A stretch of 60,956 bases of DNA from Clostridia bacterium (GCA_017936585.1 JAGBFI010000039.1:1-60956), one strand, 5' to 3'. Positions 16,639-25,491 are shown, counted from the first letter of the stretch. A program made the numbers and translations. Notes: generated by a model from the letters alone, not told the origin.

Positions 16639-16691
16639 ATTTTACAATATATATTGTGGTTTTGTCAACCAAAAATCACTAGATATAGTAT
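16639..16691 (-). promoter_or_regulatory. nrdD promoter overlapped by a tandem pair of NrdR boxes
   Basis: rc reads TTGACA (16663-16668), 18 nt, TAAAAT (16639-16644). The palindrome-like box ACAATATATATTGT (16644-16657) sits in the spacer. A second box, CACTAGATATAGT (16677-16689), sits just upstream of the -35. Box centres are ~33 bp apart. Confidence 0.65.
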
Positions 16692-16888
16692 TTTTTAATA
16701 TTTTTTACTTTTGGCGAAATTTATAAAATTTTTCAAAATCATTGCCCCTTTCAATCCCCCTAAAGTCATGCCGGCTTGTTATAAAACAATAACAAAAAGC
16801 AAAGAATTGGTTTGTGAAAAATCTATTCGCAAAAGTCAAAAAGAGGTAATTCCCCTTTCTTTTGATCAAAAAAACACATCTTCCAAAA

Positions 16889-16904
16889 CCACAATATATA
16901 GTGG
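16889..16904. promoter_or_regulatory. isolated third NrdR-box-like palindrome
   Basis: CCACAATATATAGTGG, ~310 bp upstream of the nrdD ATG, next to an AT-rich hairpin (aaaagattt-catcgcg-aaatctttt). Confidence 0.4.
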
Positions 16905-17077
16905 CGATCAAAAAAAAGATTTCATCGCGAAATCTTTTCTTTTTTGTAGGTTTTGTTTCTATCCCAACAACCTTCAGCAATTCTCTTTGTTGTAATTTTT
17001 CTTATTATACTTTCTTTTATATGAGGGTTTTTCTATATGCAGTTCTTATAAACTTTTCTCTTAGTTTTTAGCTGATA

Positions 17078-17548
17078 CTAGATCTCTTGTAAATTCGTTA
17101 AATCTGCGATAATTTTCTCTTTATCCTCTACAATCGAAGATAATAGTCTTTTGAGAGACTCATTCTCAACACTTAAAATCGCATTCTCAAAGTCTTGAAG
17201 AGCCCCCTTCTCCATCTTCACAGATTCCTGCAAAAGTTTTTCTCGGTCAGTCTGTTTAATCAGGCTGCTTGAATCCCAATTTCTGCCGCTGACAGTCATA
17301 AAATTTGGGTCTCCACTAAACGCCACAGCAATATTTCCAAGGGCATTCAGCACTTCTCCATCATTCTCCGCAAGCTTTCCAAAATAGTCCGACAAGACAA
17401 CATCGTTTGGCCCCCACATCCAGGATTGATACATATATGTCAAATGCCCAGTCAGAACCCCACATTGCGAAAACAACAAGTTTTTCAGAATGTTGGCGGT
17501 ATTTTGCGAAGAAGCAATGTCTGTCACAATTGGATACCTTTCGCTCAT
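17078..17548 (-). CDS. ferritin-fold protein resembling Mn-catalase/CotJC, with substituted metal-ligand positions
   Basis: 156 aa. The helix-1-like motif LLFSQCGVLTGHLTYMYQS matches the pattern LL..Q.GG..GEL.A..Y..Q. A second helix (AENDGEVLNAL) sits where E-E-x-x-H is expected. GGAGG RBS. The ATGA start/stop overlap couples it to the upstream gene. Confidence 0.4.
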   Translation of the reverse strand: MSERYPIVTDIASSQNTANILKNLLFSQCGVLTGHLTYMYQSWMWGPNDVVLSDYFGKLAENDGEVLNALGNIAVAFSGDPNFMTVSGRNWDSSSLIKQTDREKLLQESVKMEKGALQDFENAILSVENESLKRLLSSIVEDKEKIIADLTNLQEI

Positions 17549-18192
17549 TGAACGCCTCCTTCCATACAGTCCTGCCTCATATCCTGAAGTTGCGATTGTT
17601 GCCCTTGAAGGGTCAGAATAATAATGATAATTTGCACATTAAAGCTTTCCGTTGTTCTGACAAGACGACGTAAATCAAACAAAATCCCGCGCAAATAGTT
17701 GATTGTTATCACCACGCCGCGGCAAAAACCTCTGACTTGAGGCTTTCTCAGATTCTGCCTTGGCGGGCGATTTCTCCCAGACAGAGATTGATAAATCCTC
17801 AGCATTGCAAAACTTACAACCGAAAGTTCTTCCCGCATTTCTTGAAATTGTGGACTGAAAGTTGTGCCAAAGTCCTCCAAATCCTCATACAACAAATTCA
17901 AAACATCAAGTCGGCTTACAATCTCGTCAGCAAGCTCTGCCGGCGATTGGTTTTGTTGAATGACACTTTCAGCACGCTCTTCTCGCCTCCCGTCCAATTC
18001 CTCTTTTTCACACTTTACTTCAAGAAAATCCTCATCCCCCTGTCTGAAAATCATGCGCCCGCTCCGTGTTTTAAGCAAAACATCATCGGGCAACTCTTCC
18101 CCCAACTTATAAAAAAACTTTTGTGCAAACACACGCGGCGAAAACTTATAATCATCCCCCGCAACATATTTAATTCTTCCTTTTTTCTCCAT
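17545..18192 (-). CDS. hypothetical protein, possible CotJB-like segment
   Basis: 215 aa with an AAGGAGAAAAC RBS. REELSVVSFAMLRIYQSL weakly resembles the CotJB core. Translationally coupled to the downstream ferritin-fold gene. The antisense track ORF 17737..18312 looks spurious. Confidence 0.35.
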   Translation of the reverse strand: MEKKGRIKYVAGDDYKFSPRVFAQKFFYKLGEELPDDVLLKTRSGRMIFRQGDEDFLEVKCEKEELDGRREERAESVIQQNQSPAELADEIVSRLDVLNLLYEDLEDFGTTFSPQFQEMREELSVVSFAMLRIYQSLSGRNRPPRQNLRKPQVRGFCRGVVITINYLRGILFDLRRLVRTTESFNVQIIIIILTLQGQQSQLQDMRQDCMEGGVQ

Positions 18193-18322
18193 GTTTTCTC
18201 CTTAAATTTCAAGTTGATGTTCCTTAATATCTATGTGAGAGTCGCACTTTTTGCAACAATGTTTTGCGACTGTCACACATTTTTCACCCTTTCTCATATA
18301 AAACAATGTTAAAGGAGAAATT

Positions 18323-19348
18323 ATGGCAAACGAAATCTTTTATATTGGTGCGAATGACGAACACGGAGTCAATCCTCCAACGCCTGGCAAACGCACTCCG
18401 GTTATTCCCGGTCTGAACAGACAAATTTATGAAAACGAATTTAACTATGCTGCAAAAAACTTTTTTATTGAAGCTTGTTTCCGCAACGGATTTTCGGTTT
18501 ATGATGTGAAGCCAGAACGCTACGATGTGTCCATCAGCGAACGCGTTCGTAGAATAAACAGACAAAATCTCACGCTGCTTGTGACTTTTGCATACAACGC
18601 CTATTTGGAAGAGTTTAACAGTGCCTCAGGCGTGGAAGTTTTCTATTCAACCCTCAATCTTCAAGCTGCACAAAGCCGTAGATTGGCAGAAAACATATAT
18701 CAACAACTCATTCAAGGAACCCCTCAGGTCGGGCGTGGAGTGAAACCTCTGGACGTGGGAGTTCTGTCAAATGTAAATTGCCCCTCTGCCCTTATTGAGG
18801 CAGGTTTCATGACCAATTTGGCAGAAGCACGACTGATGATAAATCCACTCTTTCAAACGGAGGTTGGCGAGGAAAGTTGTCACGGCGTATGCGACTTTTT
18901 GGGCGTGCAATACATCCCTCGTGACAATCTCGCAAACTATTCTCTCTTGCGACTGGGTTCGGACAACAATTTTGTTTTTCTGCTGCAAACAATTCTCAAT
19001 CGAAGCGGAGCAAACTTAATCGTGGATGGCAACTTTGGCAGCAGAACACAGGCAGCCGTTCGAACTTTCCAGCAAAACAACGGACTTTCCGCAGACGGAA
19101 TTGTTGGAAACAACACTTGGAAAACACTTCTCACTTTGCCACCATACCCAACACTGAGACAGGGAAATTCTGGCGCGTATGTCAAACTCATGCAGCAACT
19201 GCTTGAAAGCAACCTCATCCCTGTTGGCTCAATTGACGGCATTTTCGGGACTCAGACTGCAAACGCAGTTCGAGTGTTCCAACAAAACAACAACCTCACA
19301 GTGGATGGAATTGTTGGAAACAACACTTGGACAGCACTCACAACATAA
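18323..19348 (+). CDS. N-acetylmuramoyl-L-alanine amidase (amidase_3-like) with two PG_binding_1 repeats
   Basis: The N-terminal half carries NCPSALIEAGFMTN-type amidase_3 motifs. The C-terminus has two repeats: DGNFGSRTQAAVRTFQQNNGLSADGIVGNNTW and DGIFGTQTANAVRVFQQNNNLTVDGIVGNNTW. Confidence 0.8.
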   Translation: MANEIFYIGANDEHGVNPPTPGKRTPVIPGLNRQIYENEFNYAAKNFFIEACFRNGFSVYDVKPERYDVSISERVRRINRQNLTLLVTFAYNAYLEEFNSASGVEVFYSTLNLQAAQSRRLAENIYQQLIQGTPQVGRGVKPLDVGVLSNVNCPSALIEAGFMTNLAEARLMINPLFQTEVGEESCHGVCDFLGVQYIPRDNLANYSLLRLGSDNNFVFLLQTILNRSGANLIVDGNFGSRTQAAVRTFQQNNGLSADGIVGNNTWKTLLTLPPYPTLRQGNSGAYVKLMQQLLESNLIPVGSIDGIFGTQTANAVRVFQQNNNLTVDGIVGNNTWTALTT

Positions 19349-19386
19349 AACAAAAAAAACAGAGACAAATCTCTGTTTTTTCATGC

Positions 19387-20022
19387 TTACTCTTTGGTTT
19401 TTGTTTCTTTGTTTTGTTTTTTCAAAATTTTATCCAACTCTTCCAACTGAGTTCCTATAACTCTCTGCCAAACACCGTCAATCTCAGAATATTGCTTATA
19501 AGCAGGTTTGACTTTAATCACTTCAGCCAGATGTCTCACGATTGAAATATATTCATCATAATTTTCATCAATCACCTCACATGCGGGAGCCATCCACTTG
19601 TAAGCAGGCTCACGGGTTTCATAATAATCGCTGATTTGTTTACATAAAATAACCGCACCCCCAATCCCCAACAATTCAAATTTATTTGCTTTTTTACTAA
19701 GCGGCTCCTCCGTGATTTTAACATGCAGCAAAAGGTGTTCGAGGAGATTGCAATAAACCAACCTATCTGCTTTTTGGTATTTAAAAGGATTCATTTTAGC
19801 ATAATCCGGATTTCCCAGCATAATCGCTTTGTCTTCGTCCACATGATGACAAAATAGTCCTTCTGCGGTTCTTGAAATATTGTCGCCCTTTCTCGTGCAG
19901 CCTTTGTCAGCAAAGTAATCACATTTTGCCTTCCCATATTTACTTTTCAAAAATCCAACCAACTGCGCATAGGTCATTTGTGATTCTTCATAAAATTCTT
20001 TTTTATCCATTTCTCCATCCAA
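19387..20022 (-). CDS. hypothetical protein with HNH-like motif
   Basis: 211 aa. FCHHVDED ... LGN ... CNLLEHLLLH resembles an HNH/beta-beta-alpha-Me core. Start is uncertain (TTG 20022 or ATG 20010). A TTGTCA, 17 nt, TATAAT promoter lies upstream. Confidence 0.4.
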   Translation of the reverse strand: MDGEMDKKEFYEESQMTYAQLVGFLKSKYGKAKCDYFADKGCTRKGDNISRTAEGLFCHHVDEDKAIMLGNPDYAKMNPFKYQKADRLVYCNLLEHLLLHVKITEEPLSKKANKFELLGIGGAVILCKQISDYYETREPAYKWMAPACEVIDENYDEYISIVRHLAEVIKVKPAYKQYSEIDGVWQRVIGTQLEELDKILKKQNKETKTKE

Positions 20023-20144
20023 AAAAATCCATTTTGCATTTTTTCATCAATTTTTATTTAAAACTGAAAATCTCTTCAGTCTAAATACACATTGAATTTC
20101 TTTTTTTATTATACACCAAAATTTTTGCCTTGACAAGCCTAATC

Positions 20145-20175
20145 AAAAAAAAACGAAGCCCTAGTTTAGGGTTTC
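20145..20175 (-). terminator. rho-independent terminator after the GNAT pseudogene
   Basis: rc reads AAACCCTA-aac-TAGGGCTT followed by a T-run. Confidence 0.6.
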
Positions 20176-20184
20176 ACTTTTTCT

Positions 20185-20753
20185 TTATTTTTGTTCTTTC
20201 CATTCATCCCTAAGCAATCCATATTGGACAACATCGTAGAATCGATTATTTTTTTCTGCGCGCTTGTCTCAAGCCCCCTTCTTGAATAAAACCCAATCTT
20301 TTAGCAAGTTTTTGACTTAGCTCATTTTTTCCAAACCAAAACAGATATTCGATGAAACTCGGTATTTTGAAAAATAAAATCAACAACAGTTTTTGCCGCC
20401 TCTGTCGCAATTCCCCTCTTGTGATATTTCGCATTCAAAAGTCAAGCCAATTCTCAAAACTTATGAACAGGGTGTTTGTGGCTCACAGAAACAAAGCCCT
20501 CGGCCTTGCAATTCTCTTTCAACTCAACCGCCCAAAAATCTTAAGGCAAAATTTCGAGCTCATAAGACTTCACAGTGTCTTCCAAAGCAGCTTTATATTC
20601 CTCCATAGTTTTACGCTCAGACATGAGATATGTATACAAATTTGGATCATCCCTATACTCCACAAAATCGTCAAAAGCTGTCATTTTGAATTGACTTAAC
20701 AGCAATCGTTCTGTCTCAATTTTTTCAACTTTCAACATCTTTAAGCACCACAT
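20185..20753 (-). pseudogene. decayed RimJ/RimL-type GNAT N-acetyltransferase
   Basis: Hand translation gives MLKVEKIETERLLL...ELEILP*DFWAVELKENCKAEGFVSVSHKHPVHKF*ELA*LLNAKYHKRGIATEAAKTVVDFIFQNTEFHRISVLVWKK, a frameshift, NELSQKLAKRLGFIQEGGLRQARRKK, a frameshift, NNRFYDVVQYGLLRDEWKEQK*. That is one TAA, two TGA and two frameshifts located in A-runs. Confidence 0.85.
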
Positions 20754-21993
20754 TTTCCTTTTTAGAAGTTTTAAAATATTTTATTTCATAAATGAGCAAA
20801 AGCATAAACACCCCACCGCACCCAATAATGGTCAATACGACAAAAATTTTAAACACCAGTATACTTTGCGCAAGAGAAATAAGAAGCAAAACTGCAAAAC
20901 AAATGGCTCTTGATGCGTTAGCCAAAATTTCAATCATTGAATGGTGCTCCGCAATTTGATCATAAAGCCCCTCTTCTTTCAAAATTCCATTTCGATGAGC
21001 ATCAAACAATACTTTATAAATAACGCAAGTGACCGCAATAGCACCATTCAAAATCACAACCGTGGTTGGCGAAATGTTAACAACAAACACAATCACAGCA
21101 GCCAACGGAAATACAGCCCCCACGATAAAAAGCCAAGTTCTTTTTCCGCTTTTTGTAAAACGCTTGATAAGATAAATCACAATTATTGCCACAACTGAAA
21201 AGACACTTGTAATAGTTCCAAGGCTTAAATTTGACCCAAATTGTAGCATAATACATGCGTTAATCACGGTTGTCGTAAGAATTGAAACACCATATATTGC
21301 GCTGATTATGTACATATATCCGATTTTTTTTCGAACTTCCTTTCTTTCCTTAAGAATATTAAAATATTTTTTGAGATTAAATTCGCTCCCCTCTGGTCGC
21401 TGCGCCTTAATCCAAATCGAAATAATCAGCTGAGCAACACAAATCCCAAACACTGCAATTGCTGTGACAGAAAAACCCGTAGAATCAATTAATGCTCCAA
21501 GCGCAACCGGGCAAACCACCTCAACAAGTTTTGCAAGCATGTAAATGTAAGACGAATAATTACTTGATGTCTTTCTGCTCACCATTTCCTGTCTAAGTAC
21601 GTTATAACTTGAAAAATAAAGAGCTTCAGATAAACCATTGAGCGCACCTGCCAAAATCAGCAGCTCGGCAAGTTGTTTTCCAAAAAATATGAAAAAAATC
21701 ACCAAAACAGTTTTCAAAACTAAACTTATACGATAAACAACAACTCTGTTTGTTTTGTCAACAATCTTGCTGAAAGGTATGTATAGCAACGCCACAAATA
21801 AATAAAGAAAAATGTTATAGACCGCAACATTGAATAGATAGTCATACGTATTTCCATTGAAACTATAAATATGAGCGACTAAAAAAGTTGTCACAAACAA
21901 ATTTACAATCTGAGCCAATGTATGACTTGTCAAAAGACATCTTTGAGCCCTTTTATCAACTTCCGTGTGATTGATATCATAATTATAAGCCAT
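20725..21993 (-). CDS. MFS-type transporter
   Basis: 422 aa with about 12 hydrophobic segments in a 6+6 layout and a basic central loop. Confidence 0.7.
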   Translation of the reverse strand: MAYNYDINHTEVDKRAQRCLLTSHTLAQIVNLFVTTFLVAHIYSFNGNTYDYLFNVAVYNIFLYLFVALLYIPFSKIVDKTNRVVVYRISLVLKTVLVIFFIFFGKQLAELLILAGALNGLSEALYFSSYNVLRQEMVSRKTSSNYSSYIYMLAKLVEVVCPVALGALIDSTGFSVTAIAVFGICVAQLIISIWIKAQRPEGSEFNLKKYFNILKERKEVRKKIGYMYIISAIYGVSILTTTVINACIMLQFGSNLSLGTITSVFSVVAIIVIYLIKRFTKSGKRTWLFIVGAVFPLAAVIVFVVNISPTTVVILNGAIAVTCVIYKVLFDAHRNGILKEEGLYDQIAEHHSMIEILANASRAICFAVLLLISLAQSILVFKIFVVLTIIGCGGVFMLLLIYEIKYFKTSKKENVVLKDVES

Positions 21994-22142
21994 GAAATTT
22001 CTCCATTCTCAAAATATTTTCAAAGTTATTATACATCTTTTAATCTATTTTTCATAACATTTCTTCTACTCAACTCACAAAACTTATTTTTTAGCTTAAA
22101 ATCACTCTCAAAAAGTTTTTTTAATAAAAAAAGAATAAAAAT

Positions 22143-22337
22143 CTATTCTTTTTCATCAATTTTTATAAATTCTTTTCGTTTCAACGCCTCAATAATAAGG
22201 TCAAAAATAAATCTGCTCACATACATAGATTCAACCGGGGCGTCTTCCTCATCATAACCATCCGTCACCCAGACTTCTGCCCCAATGTCAAGAATAAATC
22301 TTTTGTTTTTAACCTCAATCGAAATTTGGTCAACCAA
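22143..22337 (-). CDS. small acidic hypothetical protein
   Basis: 64-aa ORF with a TTG start, followed by an AT-rich hairpin terminator. No recognisable motif. Confidence 0.3.
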   Translation of the reverse strand: MVDQISIEVKNKRFILDIGAEVWVTDGYDEEDAPVESMYVSRFIFDLIIEALKRKEFIKIDEKE

Positions 22338-22532
22338 ATTCTCATTTTTCTCTGATTATGTATAAAACATTTCCCAATCTCTAACCAAAAACATAATTTT
22401 CACTTTTTTTCCTTAACAAACCAGACAATTTATACTTAACGTCCGCATTTTAACCTTATTTAAGACTTTTCTCCATCAGAGCCAAAAAGTCAAATAAAAA
22501 AACACAAAATCAAAAAACTTGACTTGCGTTTT

Positions 22533-22623
22533 TGGCGGAGAGTGAGAGATTCGAACTCTCGCGGCCTGTTACAACCCTACTCCCTTAGCAGGGGAGCCTC
22601 TTCGACCTCTTGAGTAACTCTCC
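22533..22623 (-). tRNA. tRNA-Ser (anticodon GCU), CCA encoded
   Basis: rc reads GGAGAGT-TA-CTCAAGAGGTCGAAGAG-G-CTCCC-CTGCTAA-GGGAG-long variable arm-GAGAG-TTCGAAT-CTCTC-ACTCTCC-GCCA. The 7-bp acceptor stem, 5-bp anticodon stem and T-arm all pair. Confidence 0.9.
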
Positions 22624-22653
22624 AAAAACAAGGCATATTTTCCTCGTGCTTAA

Positions 22654-22683
22654 ATATTAGCACATTTCGAATTGCCTTGTCAA
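22654..22683 (-). promoter_or_regulatory. promoter of tRNA-Ser
   Basis: rc reads TTGACA, 18 nt, TAATAT, about 25 nt upstream of the mature 5' end. Confidence 0.55.
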
Positions 22684-22768
22684 CATTTTATTTACATTTA
22701 ATTTAAAATATATTCACATTTAAATAAATCGCTTTGCATATGATTATTTTGTTATCTTTATATAACTA

Positions 22769-23311
22769 TTAAAATTGTTCTGTAAACACTTGAAAATAAG
22801 CTTTTGGATGAGCACATACAGGACACATTTCAGGAGCAAAGTCCCCAACGTGAATATGGCCACAGTTGCGACAAATCCACATTTTCTTTTCAGATTTTTT
22901 GAACACCTTGCCTTCTGAAATAAGCTTTGAAAGTTCGACGTATCTTTCTTCATGTCTCTTTTCAATTGCTGCAACCCCATCAAACTTTGCTGCAATTTCA
23001 TCAAATCCTTCTGCTCTTGCTTCGTCAGCCATTCTCTTATACATTTCTGTCCATTCACCTCTTTCTCCAGCAGCTGCATCAATCAAGTTTTCCGCAGTTG
23101 AAGGCACTGAGCCACCATGCAAATATTTAAACCAGAGTTTAGCATGTTCTTTTTCATTATCCGCAGTTTCTGTAAACACTGCTGCAATTTGCTCATATCC
23201 ATCTTTCTTTGCTTTTGAAGCATAATACGTGTATTTATTTCTGGCTTGGCTTTCTCCAGCAAACGCTTCCATAAGATTTTGTTCTGTTTTTGTTCCTTTC
23301 AATTCTTTCAT
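22769..23311 (-). CDS. rbr: rubrerythrin
   Basis: A diiron four-helix domain (FAGESQARNKY, EKEHAKLW) plus a C-terminal rubredoxin-like CRNCG...CPVC. Start taken at MKELKG, which has a GGAGGAAATT RBS. Confidence 0.9.
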   Translation of the reverse strand: MKELKGTKTEQNLMEAFAGESQARNKYTYYASKAKKDGYEQIAAVFTETADNEKEHAKLWFKYLHGGSVPSTAENLIDAAAGERGEWTEMYKRMADEARAEGFDEIAAKFDGVAAIEKRHEERYVELSKLISEGKVFKKSEKKMWICRNCGHIHVGDFAPEMCPVCAHPKAYFQVFTEQF

Positions 23312-23562
23312 AATTTCCTCCATGAATATCTACATTCCAGAAAAGTAAAGAGCCTCTCTTTAATCTTCCTTATATATTATACAAATTCTATCAATGCCAT
23401 GTCAACAATTTTTTAAACCTCAAAATATGAATTTTTGCATTGTATTTTGACACATAAAACCTATAGCGCATGACATAAACGACCATATTTTAATAAATTT
23501 AGAGTTTTACTAAGATGAAAATACGTACAAAAAATTTTTCTTCCTTTCACATTTTTTTAAAA

Positions 23563-23578
23563 TGTTTCACGTGAAACA
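23563..23578. other. parS centromere-like site 1
   Basis: TGTTTCACGTGAAACA is a perfect 16-bp palindrome matching the parS consensus TGTTNCACGTGAAACA. Confidence 0.85.
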
Positions 23579-23608
23579 ATTTGAGGTATGGAAATAAAGA
23601 AATAAAAA

Positions 23609-23624
23609 TGTTTCACGTGAAACA
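23609..23624. other. parS centromere-like site 2
   Basis: An identical TGTTTCACGTGAAACA lies 46 bp from site 1 and about 30 bp downstream of the parB stop. Confidence 0.85.
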
Positions 23625-23652
23625 TTTTTATCAATTCAACTTATAGTAATTG

Positions 23653-24591
23653 TTATTTTCCTGTTCTTTTATTGTAATTTTGCAAATCCTGTAATGTCAT
23701 CTCTTTCTTGTTTAAAAGTTCCAACAATTCCGAAATTCTGTCCAAATCATCTCTTGAATAGTAGTCAATATAGATGCGCCCTTTACTATCATTACCAATA
23801 GCAGACACTTTTGTCGCAAAAGTTTTCTGCATTTGATTGATAAGTTCTTTCAATTCCAGAGATTGTTCTTCCTTGACAACAACCTTTTTTGTTGGATTTG
23901 TGTAATTCTTTACGACTTTTTCAAGCTCTCTAACACTCAAATTCTTGGAAACAGCTACTTGCGCCAGTCTGATTTGTTCTTTTTGATCCTCAATTACAAC
24001 CAAACATCTCGCATGACCTGAAGAAAGTTTACCTTTTTCAACCAAATCAACAACATCTGGATACAAACTGAGCAATCTGAGTGTGTTTGCAACATTTGAA
24101 CGACTTTTACCAATTCTTTCAGAAACAACTTCTTGAGTCAACCCATATTCATCCATGAGTTGTTTAATCGCTCTGGCAGCTTCAATTGGGTTCAAATCTT
24201 CTCTTTGCAAGTTTTCAATGATACTAATTTCTTTAATTTGCTTTTCTGTATAGTTTTTAATTACAGCTGGCACGGTCTTCAACCCACAAAGGTTTGCAGC
24301 CCTCCATCTTCTTTCGCCAGCAATAATCAAATACTCACCATTTGGTTGTTGATTCAACACGATTGGTTGCACAATGCCGTGAACCTTAATTGAAGAAGCC
24401 AAATCATTCAGAGCATCCTCATCAAAATTTTTTCTTGGCTGATTTGGATTTGGCTTTATTTTTGTTATTTCAATCTCCAAAACGCCGTTTGAAGTTTTCT
24501 TTTCCGATGTTATGTTTTTATAACTATCATCCTCTTCATACAACCCAAAAAGAGCATTTAACCCTCTTCCAAGACCTTTGTTATTACTCAT
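23653..24591 (-). CDS. parB: chromosome partitioning protein ParB/Spo0J
   Basis: 312 aa with the ParB box IIAGERRWRAA, an HTH region, and parA immediately upstream. Confidence 0.92.
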   Translation of the reverse strand: MSNNKGLGRGLNALFGLYEEDDSYKNITSEKKTSNGVLEIEITKIKPNPNQPRKNFDEDALNDLASSIKVHGIVQPIVLNQQPNGEYLIIAGERRWRAANLCGLKTVPAVIKNYTEKQIKEISIIENLQREDLNPIEAARAIKQLMDEYGLTQEVVSERIGKSRSNVANTLRLLSLYPDVVDLVEKGKLSSGHARCLVVIEDQKEQIRLAQVAVSKNLSVRELEKVVKNYTNPTKKVVVKEEQSLELKELINQMQKTFATKVSAIGNDSKGRIYIDYYSRDDLDRISELLELLNKKEMTLQDLQNYNKRTGK

Positions 24592-24660
24592 ATTTTCCTC
24601 CTATCAGCCTTTTCAGGCTTCATTAACTTTTTATAAAAATTTTGACTTAACAGCAGAATT

Positions 24661-25491
24661 TTACTCCTCGTCTTCCTTTGCCCCTTTAAACTTTATCTTT
24701 TTCAGCTTTGAAATTTTCTTAAAAGGAGTTCCATTTCGTTTCATGATTTCTTCCGCCAAACTCAAATAAGCTTCCGCCCCCTTCGAGTTTGCATCATACA
24801 AAGCAACTGGCAATCCATGACTTGGGGCTTCTGCAAGCCTCACATTGCGTGGAATTGTTGTCAAATACACTTTTTTGTTGAAAAACTTGATGATTTCGTT
24901 GCTTACCTGATTTGTCAAATTATACCTCTTGTCTTTCATCGTCATAACAACACCTTCGATGTCAAGACCTGGATTGAGGTGATATTTGATAAGTCTGATG
25001 GTGTTCATAAGCTGTGTGAGCCCTTCAAGAGCGAAAAATTCACACTGAATTGGCACAATTATACTGTCTGACGCCGTCAAAGCATTGACTGTAACCAAGC
25101 CAAGGGATGGAGGGCAGTCAATTAGTATGAAATCATAACTGTCTTTAATCTCATCTAAAATTCTCTTGATGACTTTTTCGCGTTGTGGAATTTGTATAAG
25201 CTCAACTTCCGCGCCTGCAAGATCAACAGTTGATGGAATTATAAACAAATTATCGATAATTGTAGGTTGAATGACCTCGTCATACGCACTTTCTCCACCA
25301 ATAAGGTCATAAATAGTTTTCAACTCCTTTGTTTTGTTGATTCCAACAGCACTTGTGGCGTTTCCTTGAGGGTCAACATCCAAAATAAGAACCTTTTTAT
25401 CCATAAGAGCCATGTATGTTGCAACATTAATGCAGGTTGTTGTCTTTCCAACCCCACCTTTTTGATTTGCAAAAGCGATAATTTTTCCCAT
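24661..25491 (-). CDS. parA: chromosome partitioning ATPase ParA/Soj
   Basis: Deviant Walker A in MGKIIAFANQKGGVGKTTT. Start moved to this ATG (the track ORF extends to 25554). Carries a lysine-rich C-terminal tail. Confidence 0.92.
   Translation of the reverse strand: MGKIIAFANQKGGVGKTTTCINVATYMALMDKKVLILDVDPQGNATSAVGINKTKELKTIYDLIGGESAYDEVIQPTIIDNLFIIPSTVDLAGAEVELIQIPQREKVIKRILDEIKDSYDFILIDCPPSLGLVTVNALTASDSIIVPIQCEFFALEGLTQLMNTIRLIKYHLNPGLDIEGVVMTMKDKRYNLTNQVSNEIIKFFNKKVYLTTIPRNVRLAEAPSHGLPVALYDANSKGAEAYLSLAEEIMKRNGTPFKKISKLKKIKFKGAKEDEE

Noticed and set aside
16705-16995. Two ~90-aa ORFs on opposite strands in the 500-bp gap upstream of nrdD.
   Set aside because: They overlap each other, have no RBS, and have AT-driven K/F/I-rich composition. 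The region is better explained as regulatory or non-coding.
20246-20753. The two in-frame TGA codons in the GNAT gene as evidence for TGA recoding (Trp or Gly).
   Set aside because: The same gene also has a TAA and two frameshifts. rpmH, dut, the HAD gene and others terminate correctly at TGA.
23324-23400. A possible PerR/Fur-type box over the rubrerythrin promoter (TTGTATAATATATAAGG).
   Set aside because: The sequence is not a true 7-1-7 inverted repeat, and it mostly coincides with the TATAAT -10 element itself.
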